From positions 82,680-146,679 of the forward strand of contig JBAZWB010000003.1 of assembly GCA_041660605.1 (NCBI GenBank): a stretch of 64,000 bases of DNA. The letters are read 5' to 3'. The position numbers were made by a program, and so were the translations under genes. Source of the DNA: Patescibacteria group bacterium (GTDB lineage: Bacteria; Patescibacteriota; Patescibacteriia; UBA10025; JAHIVO01). Of this stretch, positions 39,116 to 49,649 are shown one piece after another. Under the pieces are notes generated by a model. That model was not told where the DNA came from, searched no databases, and saw only the letters and a list, made by a program, of their open reading frames with translations. The number at the start of each line of letters is the position of its first letter. The stretch's first letter is position 1.

Positions 39116-39144
39116 ATTTTAGCTTGGATTTCATTAAAAGTCAA
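39116..39144 (-). promoter_or_regulatory. Sigma70-like promoter for GIY-YIG/tRNA-Glu
   Basis: TTGACT-17-TAAAAT on the minus strand. Confidence 0.6.
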
Positions 39145-39238
39145 GATAGAAGCCCAGTCTGCCAGTTAGAGAATATTTGTCAAAAGATTTTTTGTATATT
39201 ATAATATAGACACTTTTATCACTAATCACCCTCCAAAT

Positions 39239-39697
39239 ATGAATAATAACGACAAGAAATCCTCAGTAAAGGTTAATGAATACGACATTGTCAAAGAACT
39301 GCAAAAAGAGAACGCGATGCCGGAAAATCCTGAAAACAAAACCTGGCTTGATGAAGAGGATTATGGTGGCCAGCTGGCCGTGGATGTTTACCAATCTGAG
39401 GGCGAAATAGTGATCAAATCCACTATTGCGGGAGTCAGGCCGGAAGATATCGATATTTCCGTAAATAACGATATGATTACTGTTCGCGGAAAAAGGGCCA
39501 AGGATCATGAAGTGAAAGAAGAAGATTATTTTTACCGTGAGTGCTATTGGGGAGGCTTTTCACGCTCGATCATCCTGCCCTGCGAGGTAAAAGTGGACAA
39601 GATCAGGGCGACCATGAAGAATGGCGTTTTGACGGTGGTCCTGCCAAAAGCCTCTAAAGCCAGCAAGGTGACAGTGGTAAAAGTAAAGGAAGAGTAA
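39239..39697 (+). CDS. Hsp20/alpha-crystallin small heat-shock protein
   Basis: AVDVYQ, AGVRPEDIDI, ECYWGGFSRSIILP, KNGVLTV.LPK. Confidence 0.93.
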   Translation: MNNNDKKSSVKVNEYDIVKELQKENAMPENPENKTWLDEEDYGGQLAVDVYQSEGEIVIKSTIAGVRPEDIDISVNNDMITVRGKRAKDHEVKEEDYFYRECYWGGFSRSIILPCEVKVDKIRATMKNGVLTVVLPKASKASKVTVVKVKEE

Positions 39698-39716
39698 ATT
39701 TAAGGGAAGAATCAAT

Positions 39717-39950
39717 ATGTCGAAATCAGGGCCGGATTACCAGCTCAAGGTGCTGATAAAGAAATTTGAGGGAAAATTTGCGGTATTGGAAACAGATGAC
39801 AAGCAAAATTTATTATGGCCGATAAAGAATTTGCCTGATGATGCGGAAGCGGGCCGTCAGGTCAAACTTTTTATTTCTACGACTCTCAGCGATCAGGCTG
39901 AGCAGGAGAAGCTGGCCCGGGCGATGTTAAATCAAATTTTATCCGGATAA
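39717..39950 (+). CDS. DUF3006-like small protein
   Basis: KFEGKFAVLE...WPIKNLP. Confidence 0.6.
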   Translation: MSKSGPDYQLKVLIKKFEGKFAVLETDDKQNLLWPIKNLPDDAEAGRQVKLFISTTLSDQAEQEKLARAMLNQILSG

Positions 39951-39952
39951 AT

Positions 39953-40336
39953 ATGCCAAAGTTGCTTAACGGCAAAAAAACAGCGGCCAGCCTGCCGAAA
40001 AATAAACCTCTGCCGCTGCTGCCAGAACCCAAAATTACCATTTGGCCGGATTTTATATTGATTTCTTTGCCGGTAATTTTTGTGCTCGTCTATGCTTTTA
40101 TACCGCAGTTTGGCATTTCCAACGGCTCCGTGAGGTTAATCATAGAAGTGGCGATATTTACGTTCTTGTTTGCTTTAGTTGCCCTGATATTTACTTTTGT
40201 CAGGTATTTATATGATCTGATCAAGCCCAGACCGGCGCAGGCGGCAACTGACAAGGGCATTTTAATTTTATTATTCGTTTTCCTGCTGTCCCTGGCTTTT
40301 TTAACGGTAATCGTCTGGATGATCGAGCTGTATTAA
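39953..40336 (+). CDS. 3-TM hypothetical protein
   Basis: Hydrophobic helices; operon context. Confidence 0.6.
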   Translation: MPKLLNGKKTAASLPKNKPLPLLPEPKITIWPDFILISLPVIFVLVYAFIPQFGISNGSVRLIIEVAIFTFLFALVALIFTFVRYLYDLIKPRPAQAATDKGILILLFVFLLSLAFLTVIVWMIELY

Positions 40337-40345
40337 TCCCCTCTT

Positions 40346-42169
40346 ATGTCCAAAAATGCAAAAAATAAAAAACCTGGATTAGGAATTCCAAAACCGCGGT
40401 TTCGGGGGATAATTATTTTTCTCCTGGCAATTTTCGTTTTGGGAGGAGCGGTGATCGGCTTTGTTTTTTATTTTGATGCCCATTATAATGATAAAATTTA
40501 TCCCGGTACTGCTGTCGGGTCGCTTGATATCGGCGGGCTGTCCTATAACCAGGCGCAGGAAGCTATCCAGAGCAAAATGAATGAGATAATCGACCAGGGT
40601 TTGCCTTTCAAATACGGTGACGAATCTTTCGTAATCCATTCCACCGCCGGGGACGTGGTCAACCCTGAGCTTTCTTCAAAAATCATTTCTTTTAACATTG
40701 ATAAAACCATTAACACCTTAAAAACGGAGCAAGCCAGGATGAATGAGGCGGAGCATATTTATAATTGGCTGGCGGGCTATCAAACCAGCGTCGCCGTGGA
40801 GATTGACCAGGATAAATTGACAGAAGCTCTGGCAGCGGAGGTTTCTTCTTATGAACAGCCGGCAGTCAATTCTAGATTGATAATCAATGAAGATTATAGC
40901 CTGGAAACCAGCCAGGAAAAAAGCGGCCAGGCATTTAATTATAATAAAATTTACCAGGAGGCGGGCAGACAGCTGGAAAGGCTGTCCGTTGCACCGGTGA
41001 TTCTGCGGTTGCAGGAGGATAATCCAAAAATAACGCGCGCATCAGCGGAAACGGTACTGCCATTAGTCAGGCAGGTGCTGGAGACAGCGCCCTTTACCGC
41101 TGTTTATGATGATTATGCCTGGTTAATCGACAAGGAACAGGTACGGCAGTGGCTGGAGCTGGAAATTGATAATGGCAAACTGACTGTAGGCCTGGCGGAC
41201 AGCAGCTTAACGCCTTATCTGGAGGAGATGGCCGGGATTATTAATATAGAAAAAAAGGAAGGCAAATTCAGCATGGAGAACGGCAAGGTGACTGAATTTC
41301 AGCCTTCGCAAAAGGGACGCGAGCTGGACATCCGGGCCTCCAGAGAAAATATTAATGAAAAAATCCGGCAAGTGGGCATCACAGAGATAGATTTGGCCGT
41401 AAAAGAAACTGAACCGGAATTGTCCACGGAAAAAGTGAATAATCTGGGAATCAACGAGCTGATCGGCGAAGGCAGATCAAATTTTGCCGGCAGCCCGACC
41501 AATCGCCGGCACAATATAACCGTTGGCGCTAACACCCTGAACGGTATTTTGATCGCTCCTGACGAGGAATTCTCTTTGGTAAAAACTCTGGGCAAGATTG
41601 AGGCCTCAACCGGCTATCTGCCGGAGCTGGTGATCAAGGGCAATAAAACTACTCCGGAATACGGCGGCGGGCTGTGCCAGATCGGCACCACGACATTCCG
41701 CGCGGCCGTCAACGCCGGGCTGCCTATCACCGCCCGGACCAACCATTCATACCGCGTCTCCTATTATGAACCAGCCGGTACTGACGCGACCATTTATGAT
41801 CCCAAGCCGGATATGAAATTTATTAATGACACCGGACATCATATTCTTTTTACCACGGAAATATCCGGCAATGACCTGATTTTCCGCTTTTACGGCACGG
41901 CGGACGGCCGCAAGGTAGAGGTCACAGACCCGCGCGTATATAATTTGGTCAAGCCGGGTCCATCCAAACTAGTGGAAACTACTGATTTGGCACCGGGAGT
42001 AAAGAAATGCACGGAAAAAGCGCACACCGGCGCGGATGCCGAATTCAGCCGGACGGTTACTTATGCTGATGGCGAGAAAAAATCCGACACTTTCAAAAGC
42101 CATTATAAGCCCTGGCAGGAAGTTTGTTTGATCGGCGTGGAAAAACTGTCCGAGCCGGTAAGTGATTAG
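40346..42169 (+). CDS. VanW-family protein with peptidoglycan-binding regions
   Basis: N-terminal TM; NRRHNI, GGGLCQIGTT, NHSY, GTDATI. Confidence 0.9.
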   Translation: MSKNAKNKKPGLGIPKPRFRGIIIFLLAIFVLGGAVIGFVFYFDAHYNDKIYPGTAVGSLDIGGLSYNQAQEAIQSKMNEIIDQGLPFKYGDESFVIHSTAGDVVNPELSSKIISFNIDKTINTLKTEQARMNEAEHIYNWLAGYQTSVAVEIDQDKLTEALAAEVSSYEQPAVNSRLIINEDYSLETSQEKSGQAFNYNKIYQEAGRQLERLSVAPVILRLQEDNPKITRASAETVLPLVRQVLETAPFTAVYDDYAWLIDKEQVRQWLELEIDNGKLTVGLADSSLTPYLEEMAGIINIEKKEGKFSMENGKVTEFQPSQKGRELDIRASRENINEKIRQVGITEIDLAVKETEPELSTEKVNNLGINELIGEGRSNFAGSPTNRRHNITVGANTLNGILIAPDEEFSLVKTLGKIEASTGYLPELVIKGNKTTPEYGGGLCQIGTTTFRAAVNAGLPITARTNHSYRVSYYEPAGTDATIYDPKPDMKFINDTGHHILFTTEISGNDLIFRFYGTADGRKVEVTDPRVYNLVKPGPSKLVETTDLAPGVKKCTEKAHTGADAEFSRTVTYADGEKKSDTFKSHYKPWQEVCLIGVEKLSEPVSD

Positions 42170-42170
42170 A

Positions 42171-42243
42171 TTGGCTTATGGCGTATAGCTTATAGTGCTA
42201 TAAACAATATTAAAACTATAAGCAATATGCTATAAGCGATTTG
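42171..42243. repeat. Degenerate inverted short-repeat tract
   Basis: gcttatggcgtatagcttatag opposite ctataaac/ctataagc/ctataagc. Confidence 0.6.
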
Positions 42244-42368
42244 CCAATAAAAAAAGAAGCTCGAGTCACAGTCCTATGCGACACGAGCTTGTAGCTTGTT
42301 GGGTAAGTAGATTGGGGCATAATTCTATCCCCTTAAATGAGCGGTTTGGGTGGGTGTGGCCGAGAAGG

Positions 42369-42959
42369 TCACGGTTTTTCGGGAGCTGTCTGCTGGTCAG
42401 CGCTGCGGTTCGGTTTGCCTTTCACACTTTCTGGCGAAGTACTTTTGCTGAGATCGTTGTTGATGTCAGCGGCAGTTGCCATCATTTCGCCAGTACCAAG
42501 GCTAATGTAGTGCACCAGGCTGGTGCCAAGAGCTGAGCCGTTTCTTCTGTTCATATAGGCTCCGGCCGAACCAGCAACATACAGCGCAAGCAGTAAGAAG
42601 ACCAAGCCAATATAATGCGGTTGAATCCTTCCCGGCAGTCTTTCTATCGAAGAATAACGTGCTGCTATCCATCCGACTAATGGTTTGCACAGGATCGTGA
42701 TTACGATCACGGAACCAATCATGAGAAAGACCGGTGAGTAGTCAGTACTGTCGAGATAGTACTTTTCTATGCCGAAAAGGTACGGGAGGGTACCATGGAG
42801 GTGGTACCACTTTTCGCCTAGACTGACGGCGAAGGGGTACATGAGCAAAGTGCACAAAAAGGCAAATCGCTGCCACCCTTTTTGATTAGCCTTAGCCCAG
42901 GCTGCCACAATAATTACGGCGAACCCCAGGATCACTCCTATCTGTAGAAGTATTGGCAT
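42369..42959 (-). CDS. Hypothetical 4-TM protein
   Basis: SD AAGGAGG before MPILLQ. Confidence 0.65.
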   Translation of the reverse strand: MPILLQIGVILGFAVIIVAAWAKANQKGWQRFAFLCTLLMYPFAVSLGEKWYHLHGTLPYLFGIEKYYLDSTDYSPVFLMIGSVIVITILCKPLVGWIAARYSSIERLPGRIQPHYIGLVFLLLALYVAGSAGAYMNRRNGSALGTSLVHYISLGTGEMMATAADINNDLSKSTSPESVKGKPNRSADQQTAPEKP

Positions 42960-43511
42960 GTGAACCTCCTTGAAGGTTGCAGGTGTAAAAAGGTTTAAAT
43001 GTATTTGCTTCATTATGATGTCAAAGGTACGTCTATATAATAAATGCCCACTAATCTGTAGTCCCCCGTAAGAAACCTTCGATTTCTGTCGGGGTAGCAA
43101 GAAGATTGTCGTTCCTGATGTCTAAATATAATACCATAATCATACGGAAGGACAATCCCCAGGCTGGCTCCGTATAATTTTTCACGTAAATCTGCACTCA
43201 AGAAGATTGTTCCAAGGGATGATCAAAGTAATAAAACTCTAATTATCCTCAGAACAACCCCCATGCTTGTCGTGAGTGCAGGTTTCCGTGAAAGATTGCG
43301 TCTTCGCTGAAGACTAAAAAATATACGGAGCTTTTATAACTGCAGGTTAGTGGGCACTGTTTGGCGTTTGCTTTTAATTGGTTGTAAAATAGGCCTTTTT
43401 GGCGAATTTTTTCGAATAACAGTCAATAGTATCACAGGAGACAAGGCTTGTCAAGGGGTGCAGTTAAGTGATAAGATTTTAGTACCTTATTCGATAAAAT
43501 TTTTAAAAAAT

Positions 43512-44516
43512 ATGATGACTATCAAGCAAATCTATAACCTGGCCATACAGCTGGGCATTAAGAATGACCTGCGGGGAGAAACCGTGGTCAGGAAGAGATT
43601 AGCCCGGAAAAATAAGATATATGAAAACCTGCCTGCGGAAAAAAAGCGGGAGTTTGATTTAGAGAGCCTGACTAATCCTTTTTCCGATTCACGCATGTAC
43701 GCGCAGAATCCGGATAAGCCGGTCAGGCGCATTTTAGCCGGCATTGACGTTGAGACTGAGGAGATTTTGCTGGCCAGCGAACTGTCGCGGCAAAAGCCGA
43801 TAGACCTGGTTTTGGCCCATCATCCGGTCGGGCCGGCGCTGGCGGGTTTGCATGAAGTGATGGATTTGCAGGCAGAAGTGCTGGCTATGTACGGCGTGCC
43901 CATCAACATCGCCGAAAGCCTGATGCGCATCCGCCTGCAGGAAGTTTCCCGTTCGATCGCGCCGTATAACCATAACCGGGTTCTGGACGCCGCCAAACTG
44001 CTGGGATTGGACGTAGTTTGCACCCACACTATCGCGGATAATATGGTGGCAAATTATTTGCGGAAATTATTGAAGAAAGAAGAAAAAAACATAGAGCGCG
44101 TCGGCGACCTGATAAAAATTTTGAAGACTGTACCTGAATACCAGGCCGGCATGAAGCTGAAAGCCGGTCCGGTGATTTACACTGGCAACGAAGAAAATTT
44201 CACCGGCCGCATCGCCCTGACGGAAATCACCGGCGGCACTGAAGGGTCGAAAGAAATGTACGGGAAAATCGCCCAGGCCGGCATCGGCACTATCGTCGGT
44301 ATGCATTTGCATGAGGAATACAAAAAAGAGGCGGAAAAGAACCATCTGAACGTTGTGATTGCCGGACATATGTCATCGGATTCCATCGGTATGAACCTAT
44401 TGTTAGATGAATTGGAGAAAAAAGGCATTGAGATAATCACCTGTTCCGGCCTGATCAGAATCAAGCGCATAAATTCTCCCGCCAAGAAACGGACCAGCCG
44501 CAGGCCTAAACGCTAA
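43512..44516 (+). CDS. NIF3-like metal-binding protein
   Basis: [28 protein letters not shown]. Confidence 0.85.
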   Translation: MMTIKQIYNLAIQLGIKNDLRGETVVRKRLARKNKIYENLPAEKKREFDLESLTNPFSDSRMYAQNPDKPVRRILAGIDVETEEILLASELSRQKPIDLVLAHHPVGPALAGLHEVMDLQAEVLAMYGVPINIAESLMRIRLQEVSRSIAPYNHNRVLDAAKLLGLDVVCTHTIADNMVANYLRKLLKKEEKNIERVGDLIKILKTVPEYQAGMKLKAGPVIYTGNEENFTGRIALTEITGGTEGSKEMYGKIAQAGIGTIVGMHLHEEYKKEAEKNHLNVVIAGHMSSDSIGMNLLLDELEKKGIEIITCSGLIRIKRINSPAKKRTSRRPKR

Positions 44517-44521
44517 TTTAT

Positions 44522-45550
44522 ATGGCTTTGCCAAACAATAGAACCATCACGTCCAAGGAGCGACCGGAAGACCGCAATCTTGACACGACTTTGCGTCCGA
44601 AAAGCATGAAGGAGTTTATCGGGCAGGACAAGGTGAAAAATAACCTGAATGTTTTTATTTCCGCGGCCAAGCAGAGGCGCGAGTCGCTGGAGCACGTCCT
44701 CCTGCACGGGCCGCCGGGCATCGGAAAAACCACACTGGCTTACATCATTGCCAATGAAATGGGAGTCAATGTCCGCGTCACCTCCGGCCCGGCCATTGAG
44801 AAAGCCGGAGACCTGGGCGCCATCCTGACTAATCTGGAAGATGGCGATATTCTATTCATCGATGAAATTCATCGGCTCAATCGGGTAATTGAAGAAGTGC
44901 TGTATCCGGCTATGGAAGAATATGTCCTTGATATTGTCGTAGGCAAAGGGCCGTCCGCCCAGACCTTGCGTCTGGATCTGCCCAAGTTTACCCTGGTCGG
45001 CGCCACCACCCGCGTGCATTTGCTCTCTTCCCCTTTGCGCGACCGCTTTGGCACGATTTTCCGTTTGGATTTTTATAACCATGATGACATTGAAAAGATT
45101 ATTAAGCGTTCTGCAAGTATATTAGACGTGGATGTCCATCCTGCCGCTCTCGGCGAACTAGCCCGCCGCGCCCGTCGCACGCCGCGCATTGCCAATCGCT
45201 TATTGAAAAGAGTACGTGATTACGCCCAGGTCAAAGGCGACGGCAAAGTCACCCCGCAAGGCGCTGTTGATGCCTTGTCCATGATGGAGATAGATCACAT
45301 CGGCCTGGATGAAGTTGACAGGAAAGTTTTAAGCACGATTATTGATAAATTCGGCGGCGGCCCGGTCGGCTTAAATACCATTGCCGCGTCAATCTCCGAG
45401 GACCAGTCAACGCTGGAAGAAGTGTATGAGCCGTTTCTAATGCAGATAGGGTTGCTGGCGCGCACGCCGCGGGGCCGGGTAGTGACGGAATCAGGCTATC
45501 GCCATTTAGGCAGAAAAGTGCCGGAAGACCTGCAAAAAAAGCTGATATAA
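44522..45550 (+). CDS. ruvB: Holliday junction branch migration helicase
   Basis: [34 protein letters not shown]. Confidence 0.97.
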   Translation: MALPNNRTITSKERPEDRNLDTTLRPKSMKEFIGQDKVKNNLNVFISAAKQRRESLEHVLLHGPPGIGKTTLAYIIANEMGVNVRVTSGPAIEKAGDLGAILTNLEDGDILFIDEIHRLNRVIEEVLYPAMEEYVLDIVVGKGPSAQTLRLDLPKFTLVGATTRVHLLSSPLRDRFGTIFRLDFYNHDDIEKIIKRSASILDVDVHPAALGELARRARRTPRIANRLLKRVRDYAQVKGDGKVTPQGAVDALSMMEIDHIGLDEVDRKVLSTIIDKFGGGPVGLNTIAASISEDQSTLEEVYEPFLMQIGLLARTPRGRVVTESGYRHLGRKVPEDLQKKLI

Positions 45551-45647
45551 AAGCCATTTGGCAGTATTACCGTCGATTGGTATAATAAGGCCGCAGCCTT
45601 AGTTTTTTGATACTTTGGCTGGAAAACGTTTTCCCAGGAGGGTTATA

Positions 45648-45761
45648 ATGTTTTCTAATTTGCACCTGGAAATCGGCGACCCGTACGTACCGGCAGCTTT
45701 CTTTAGGGCTTATGGTTTGTTTGGTGTAATGCCGAATTCCGAAGCTGAGGACGATATTTAG
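45648..45761 (+). CDS. Putative 37-aa small protein (missing from the ORF track)
   Basis: TTGGCA-17-TATAAT, SD AGGAGG, terminator at 45803-45830; MFSNLHLEIGDPYVPAAFFRAYGLFGVMPNSEAEDDI. Confidence 0.55.
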   Translation: MFSNLHLEIGDPYVPAAFFRAYGLFGVMPNSEAEDDI

Positions 45762-45950
45762 TGCGATTATTTGCTCTAAGATTGTTCTCATTAGCTTTAA
45801 GCGGGTGTTCGATGGCGGACACCCTTTTTTTATCCCCTTTACATTTATTAAAATAATAATTGACAGTCTAGCTATCGTTTGTTAAGGTGAAATATTATTG
45901 AATTGAAACAAAAAGCAGTAAACAAAAGAACTCGAACCAACGGAGGAGTA

Positions 45951-47078
45951 ATGAAAAGAGATCTTAAACAAGTTATGGCGGTGATTAGAGGACTTTGCCG
46001 CAGGCAAGGCATTGATTATCTGCTCACCAGAGATTTCGCCAATATTTTCAGAATGACGGGACTCCAGCTGCATTGCCTTGGCGACGCTCTCGTTCTGATC
46101 ACGCCAAGAAGAATCGTACTGTGTACCGACGATCGGTATCGGGGTACGGCAGAACGCCTGGTAGCCGGCAATCCGCTGATCAAACTTGTCATCTGTGACA
46201 AGGAAGGCCCGCTGGAAACCTTACTGCGTCTGGTAAAAAAGGGCAGCAATCTTGGTTTCGAATCAGACAGCGAATCCTGCTCTTACAAATTCGTTCTCAA
46301 ACTGAGGCAGGCCGCGAAAAAGCGTGGAGTGCAGACCAAGGCCGTCAAGCCGATTATCGAGATTGTCCGCCTGATCAAATCGCCGTATGAGTTGGCCATG
46401 ATAAGAAAGTCGGCCGCGCTTACTGACCTGGCGTTCCGTTATATTCTCCGGCGGATAAAAGTCGGCCGAACGGAACTTGAGCTCGCTCACGAGCTGAGCA
46501 CGCGGTTGCGTAAATTATCAGGCTGCGACGAGTTATCATTCCCGACAATCGTTGCCAGCGGACCGAACAGCGCCATTCCCCACCATATGCCAGGTAATCG
46601 CAAGCTTCGGCTCGGCGATGTTATCACCTTTGATTTCGGATGTATCTACAAAGGGTACCATTCCGACATGACCAGGACAGTGTTTCTGGGCGAGCCGAGC
46701 GGGAAGTTAAGGGAGATTTACGAGATCGTCCTGGCGGCACAGCAGGCTGCTGCCAAGCTGGCGCGCCCTGGCATGACCGGCCAGCAGATAGACCGGATTG
46801 CCCGGGATATAATCATCAAAGCTGGTTATGGGAAGTATTTCGGCCACGGCCTTGGCCATGGTATTGGCATTGAGGAACATGAAGGGCCTCGCGTCAGTCC
46901 AACTTCCTTTGGGAAGATTGTTGTCATAGTCGGCATGACTCATTCCATTGAGCCGGGTATCTATATTCCGGGGCTAGGCGGCGTCCGGATTGAGGATATC
47001 GGCGTGGTAACCAAGAGAGGTTTCCGTTCTTTCTGCCGGTCGACTAAAAAGTTAGTCATCCTGCGAAGGGCGGCATAA
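45951..47078 (+). CDS. M24B Xaa-Pro peptidase
   Basis: IVASGPNSAIPH, DFG...SDMTRT, HGLGHGIG..HE, EPGIY, GVRIED. Confidence 0.93.
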   Translation: MKRDLKQVMAVIRGLCRRQGIDYLLTRDFANIFRMTGLQLHCLGDALVLITPRRIVLCTDDRYRGTAERLVAGNPLIKLVICDKEGPLETLLRLVKKGSNLGFESDSESCSYKFVLKLRQAAKKRGVQTKAVKPIIEIVRLIKSPYELAMIRKSAALTDLAFRYILRRIKVGRTELELAHELSTRLRKLSGCDELSFPTIVASGPNSAIPHHMPGNRKLRLGDVITFDFGCIYKGYHSDMTRTVFLGEPSGKLREIYEIVLAAQQAAAKLARPGMTGQQIDRIARDIIIKAGYGKYFGHGLGHGIGIEEHEGPRVSPTSFGKIVVIVGMTHSIEPGIYIPGLGGVRIEDIGVVTKRGFRSFCRSTKKLVILRRAA

Positions 47079-47268
47079 CTTAGCTAAAAGTAGTTTCTTG
47101 TCAAAGGCGTGGGGACGAAAACCTGCGCCTTTTTTTATTGTGTATTAGTATTGGTATTTGTCGCATTTGCAATGAAAGATACCGATGGCTTGACAAACCT
47201 TCGTTTTATGCGTATCATGTTAAGTTCATTGACAAAAGGTATTCACTGTAACAGAAGAGGAGTAAATC

Positions 47269-48633
47269 GTGAAAATCATCGAAAAGGTGATGATAGTATG
47301 GATGGTTTTGTTAGGTTCTTTGTTATACGGCCAGCAGGCGCCGGCATTCGACAAGGAGCATGGGCACGTCCTGGACCAGGCTGGTCTTTTTTCAGTGGAA
47401 GAAATACGTCAACTAGACAGTATTCTCACTGTCTATGATGATTCGACCAGTATTGATATAATCGTTGCCGCCACCAAAGATAGAGGTGGCTACACGATGT
47501 CTGACTATACGCAGGATCTCTTTGATACCTTGCAGCCAGGCAAAAAAGGTCTGGATAACGGAATCATCTTGCATATTAGCATGGATCCAGCAGGACGCCA
47601 GGTCCGTATCCAACCGGGTTACGGCATTGAGGGGGATCTGCCGGATGTCGTTTGTGGGCATATTATAGACGATTCTATGTTCGTACCGTTGAAAGAGGGA
47701 CATTACTTTCAGGCGACAAAGGCCGGAGTTGACGGGATCATTGCCCATCTCGGAAATGATGCCTGGCAGCAACGCGAAGCGTATCGGCGACAACAAGACG
47801 AACGTAGAAAAGAAACCCTGAGAGTACTTGGGCGAATCCTTATTTATTGCGCAGTAATAGGTATTATCGTTACACCGATAATCCTGATTGTTTCGCGAAA
47901 ACGCAAACGCCGAGAAATGCTGAAGGAGATTAGCCGTCTGGTGCAAGTCGCGGAGAGTAATCTGGCGCAAGCGAAGAGTAGATTGTCGAAAGCGCTAGAA
48001 GCGCTGGAGTCCATGAGGTCAGGTTATCCTCCGAGTACGACCAGTGAATTCGGCGATCTAGAGGAGAAGTTGGCGCAGGCCAACAGGACTCTTACCGATT
48101 CGACAGCCAAAATCAGGAGGTTGAATGATTCTCGCAAGGTGAGCCAGGCCTTGGGAGTTGCCCAGGAAGTGAGTACCATTGCCGAAGATCTTTCTAAGCT
48201 CATCGCTTCCGCACCCACCAAACTGAAAGGCCTGGAGCAAGCGAAAAAGGATTTCCCCACAGCGTTGAAATTCACCCAAGAGATGTTTTTAGAACTGGAA
48301 CCAAAGATCCTGGTGTCAGGCGTCGGTGATACGACCAGGGAGTTGGTTGCTTCTGCAAAAAGCAAGCTTGCCAAGGCCGAAGCGATGGCGCTCAAAGAAC
48401 CGGTTGATTGGCTAGTAGCCAGGCGGTTATTAGCTGAAGCAGCTTTAGATTTGAGCGCTGCACAGCGTCAGGCCTATCGGGATTTGCATCCGGTTAAAGT
48501 GGTCCTTGATGCTTTTGAATCGTCTATGGCTAGCTCGACGCACCATGATTCTGGCTCAGGTCACCCGTCTGGCGGTGGTGGGTCCGACCGCGGTGGTCGG
48601 TCCGGTGGTGGTGGCGCAGAGCGCAGTTTCTAA
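47269..48633 (+). CDS. TPM-domain membrane protein with coiled coil and Gly-rich tail
   Basis: VLDQAG, GKKGLDNG, IQPGYGIEGDLPD; C-terminal SGGGGAERSF. Confidence 0.85.
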   Translation: MKIIEKVMIVWMVLLGSLLYGQQAPAFDKEHGHVLDQAGLFSVEEIRQLDSILTVYDDSTSIDIIVAATKDRGGYTMSDYTQDLFDTLQPGKKGLDNGIILHISMDPAGRQVRIQPGYGIEGDLPDVVCGHIIDDSMFVPLKEGHYFQATKAGVDGIIAHLGNDAWQQREAYRRQQDERRKETLRVLGRILIYCAVIGIIVTPIILIVSRKRKRREMLKEISRLVQVAESNLAQAKSRLSKALEALESMRSGYPPSTTSEFGDLEEKLAQANRTLTDSTAKIRRLNDSRKVSQALGVAQEVSTIAEDLSKLIASAPTKLKGLEQAKKDFPTALKFTQEMFLELEPKILVSGVGDTTRELVASAKSKLAKAEAMALKEPVDWLVARRLLAEAALDLSAAQRQAYRDLHPVKVVLDAFESSMASSTHHDSGSGHPSGGGGSDRGGRSGGGGAERSF

Positions 48634-48704
48634 TAGCTCTTTCAAATCGACATATTTCCAAAGGACGTGGTCACAGGAGTGATTGCGTCTTTTTTAATTT
48701 GGAA

Positions 48705-49427
48705 TTATTGTCCGTTAGTATTGGTTGCCGGGCCGTAAGTCGCCAGTTCATCCAGTTCGCACACGGCGATGTAGCGTTTGAGTGCGGTATTTAAAGGATA
48801 CGAGGTCTGCAAAGTCAGCATGGTTCGCTCGTAATTATACTGGTCCAGCACGGAAACGTCTTTTGGCCCGACGATTTTCGTTTCAATAACTTTGAAAATA
48901 AAAAGTTCGCCCTGGTCATTAGTGATTTTTACCTGCGTCCCCACCGGGATATCAATCAGCGGCTTGAAAACCTGCTTGTAATTTCCCGCCTTCCAGGGGT
49001 AATCCGATGAGTGGCCGAAAATGTAGGGATTGCCCGGCTCGCCCGGCAGGGCGGTGTCAGGATAGTGGACCACGCCTCTGGTCAGGGCTTCCTGAAAGAC
49101 TTTTTCATCAGCCTCGGTAATAAAGACTACCGGCGCTTCTATGCCGCGGTCAGGAATGCTTAGAAAGTTCGGTTCCCCTGTTCCCAGAGGCGTACGCTTC
49201 GGTGGCAGTGGATCGTCATTAGTTGGCAGCTGGTTCACGTTAAGATTGGCAGAATTGGTTGTTTCTATAATCTGCGTCTGATTGCTCCAGAGACGAATAC
49301 CCAAAACCACCATCCCGGACAGCAAGATCACGGCCAGTAAAGGCAGGTACATTTTTAAATTCTTTTTTTTATTCCTTTTGAGTGGCATAAGTGGAATTAT
49401 TGTAGCAGGGAGGCGTTTCTTTTTCAA
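48705..49427 (-). CDS. Sortase-family protein with Ser in place of the catalytic Cys
   Basis: GVVHYP..ALPG..GN..IFGHS, LTLQTSYP...KR; start uncertain. Confidence 0.85.
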   Translation of the reverse strand: MKKKRLPATIIPLMPLKRNKKKNLKMYLPLLAVILLSGMVVLGIRLWSNQTQIIETTNSANLNVNQLPTNDDPLPPKRTPLGTGEPNFLSIPDRGIEAPVVFITEADEKVFQEALTRGVVHYPDTALPGEPGNPYIFGHSSDYPWKAGNYKQVFKPLIDIPVGTQVKITNDQGELFIFKVIETKIVGPKDVSVLDQYNYERTMLTLQTSYPLNTALKRYIAVCELDELATYGPATNTNGQ

Positions 49428-49511
49428 GGCAATTGGCTGGTTATTAGGCTTAGTCTGCGCTATACTGATAGTTAGTTATATACTCAAAAGCCGTTTAATT
49501 TTTTTATGAGT

Positions 49512-49635
49512 GATCGCTTATCGTTTGCGGTTTCGCTGCTCGTATCGTTAAACGGTTTCGTTATACGACTTTATTTGATAAAGACGCAACCTTAAAACGA
49601 AACCGATACGCGCCGCAACAACGTTAAACGCAAAC
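49512..49635. repeat. Degenerate inverted short-repeat tract between divergent genes
   Basis: cgtt/cggtttcg units facing aacg/cgaaaccg units. Confidence 0.6.
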
Positions 49636-49649
49636 TTAGTATTCAGTAT

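Noticed and set aside
43013-43511. Short ORF and long N-terminal extension of the NIF3-like gene
   Set aside because: No motif or initiation signal; homology-like sequence starts at 43512
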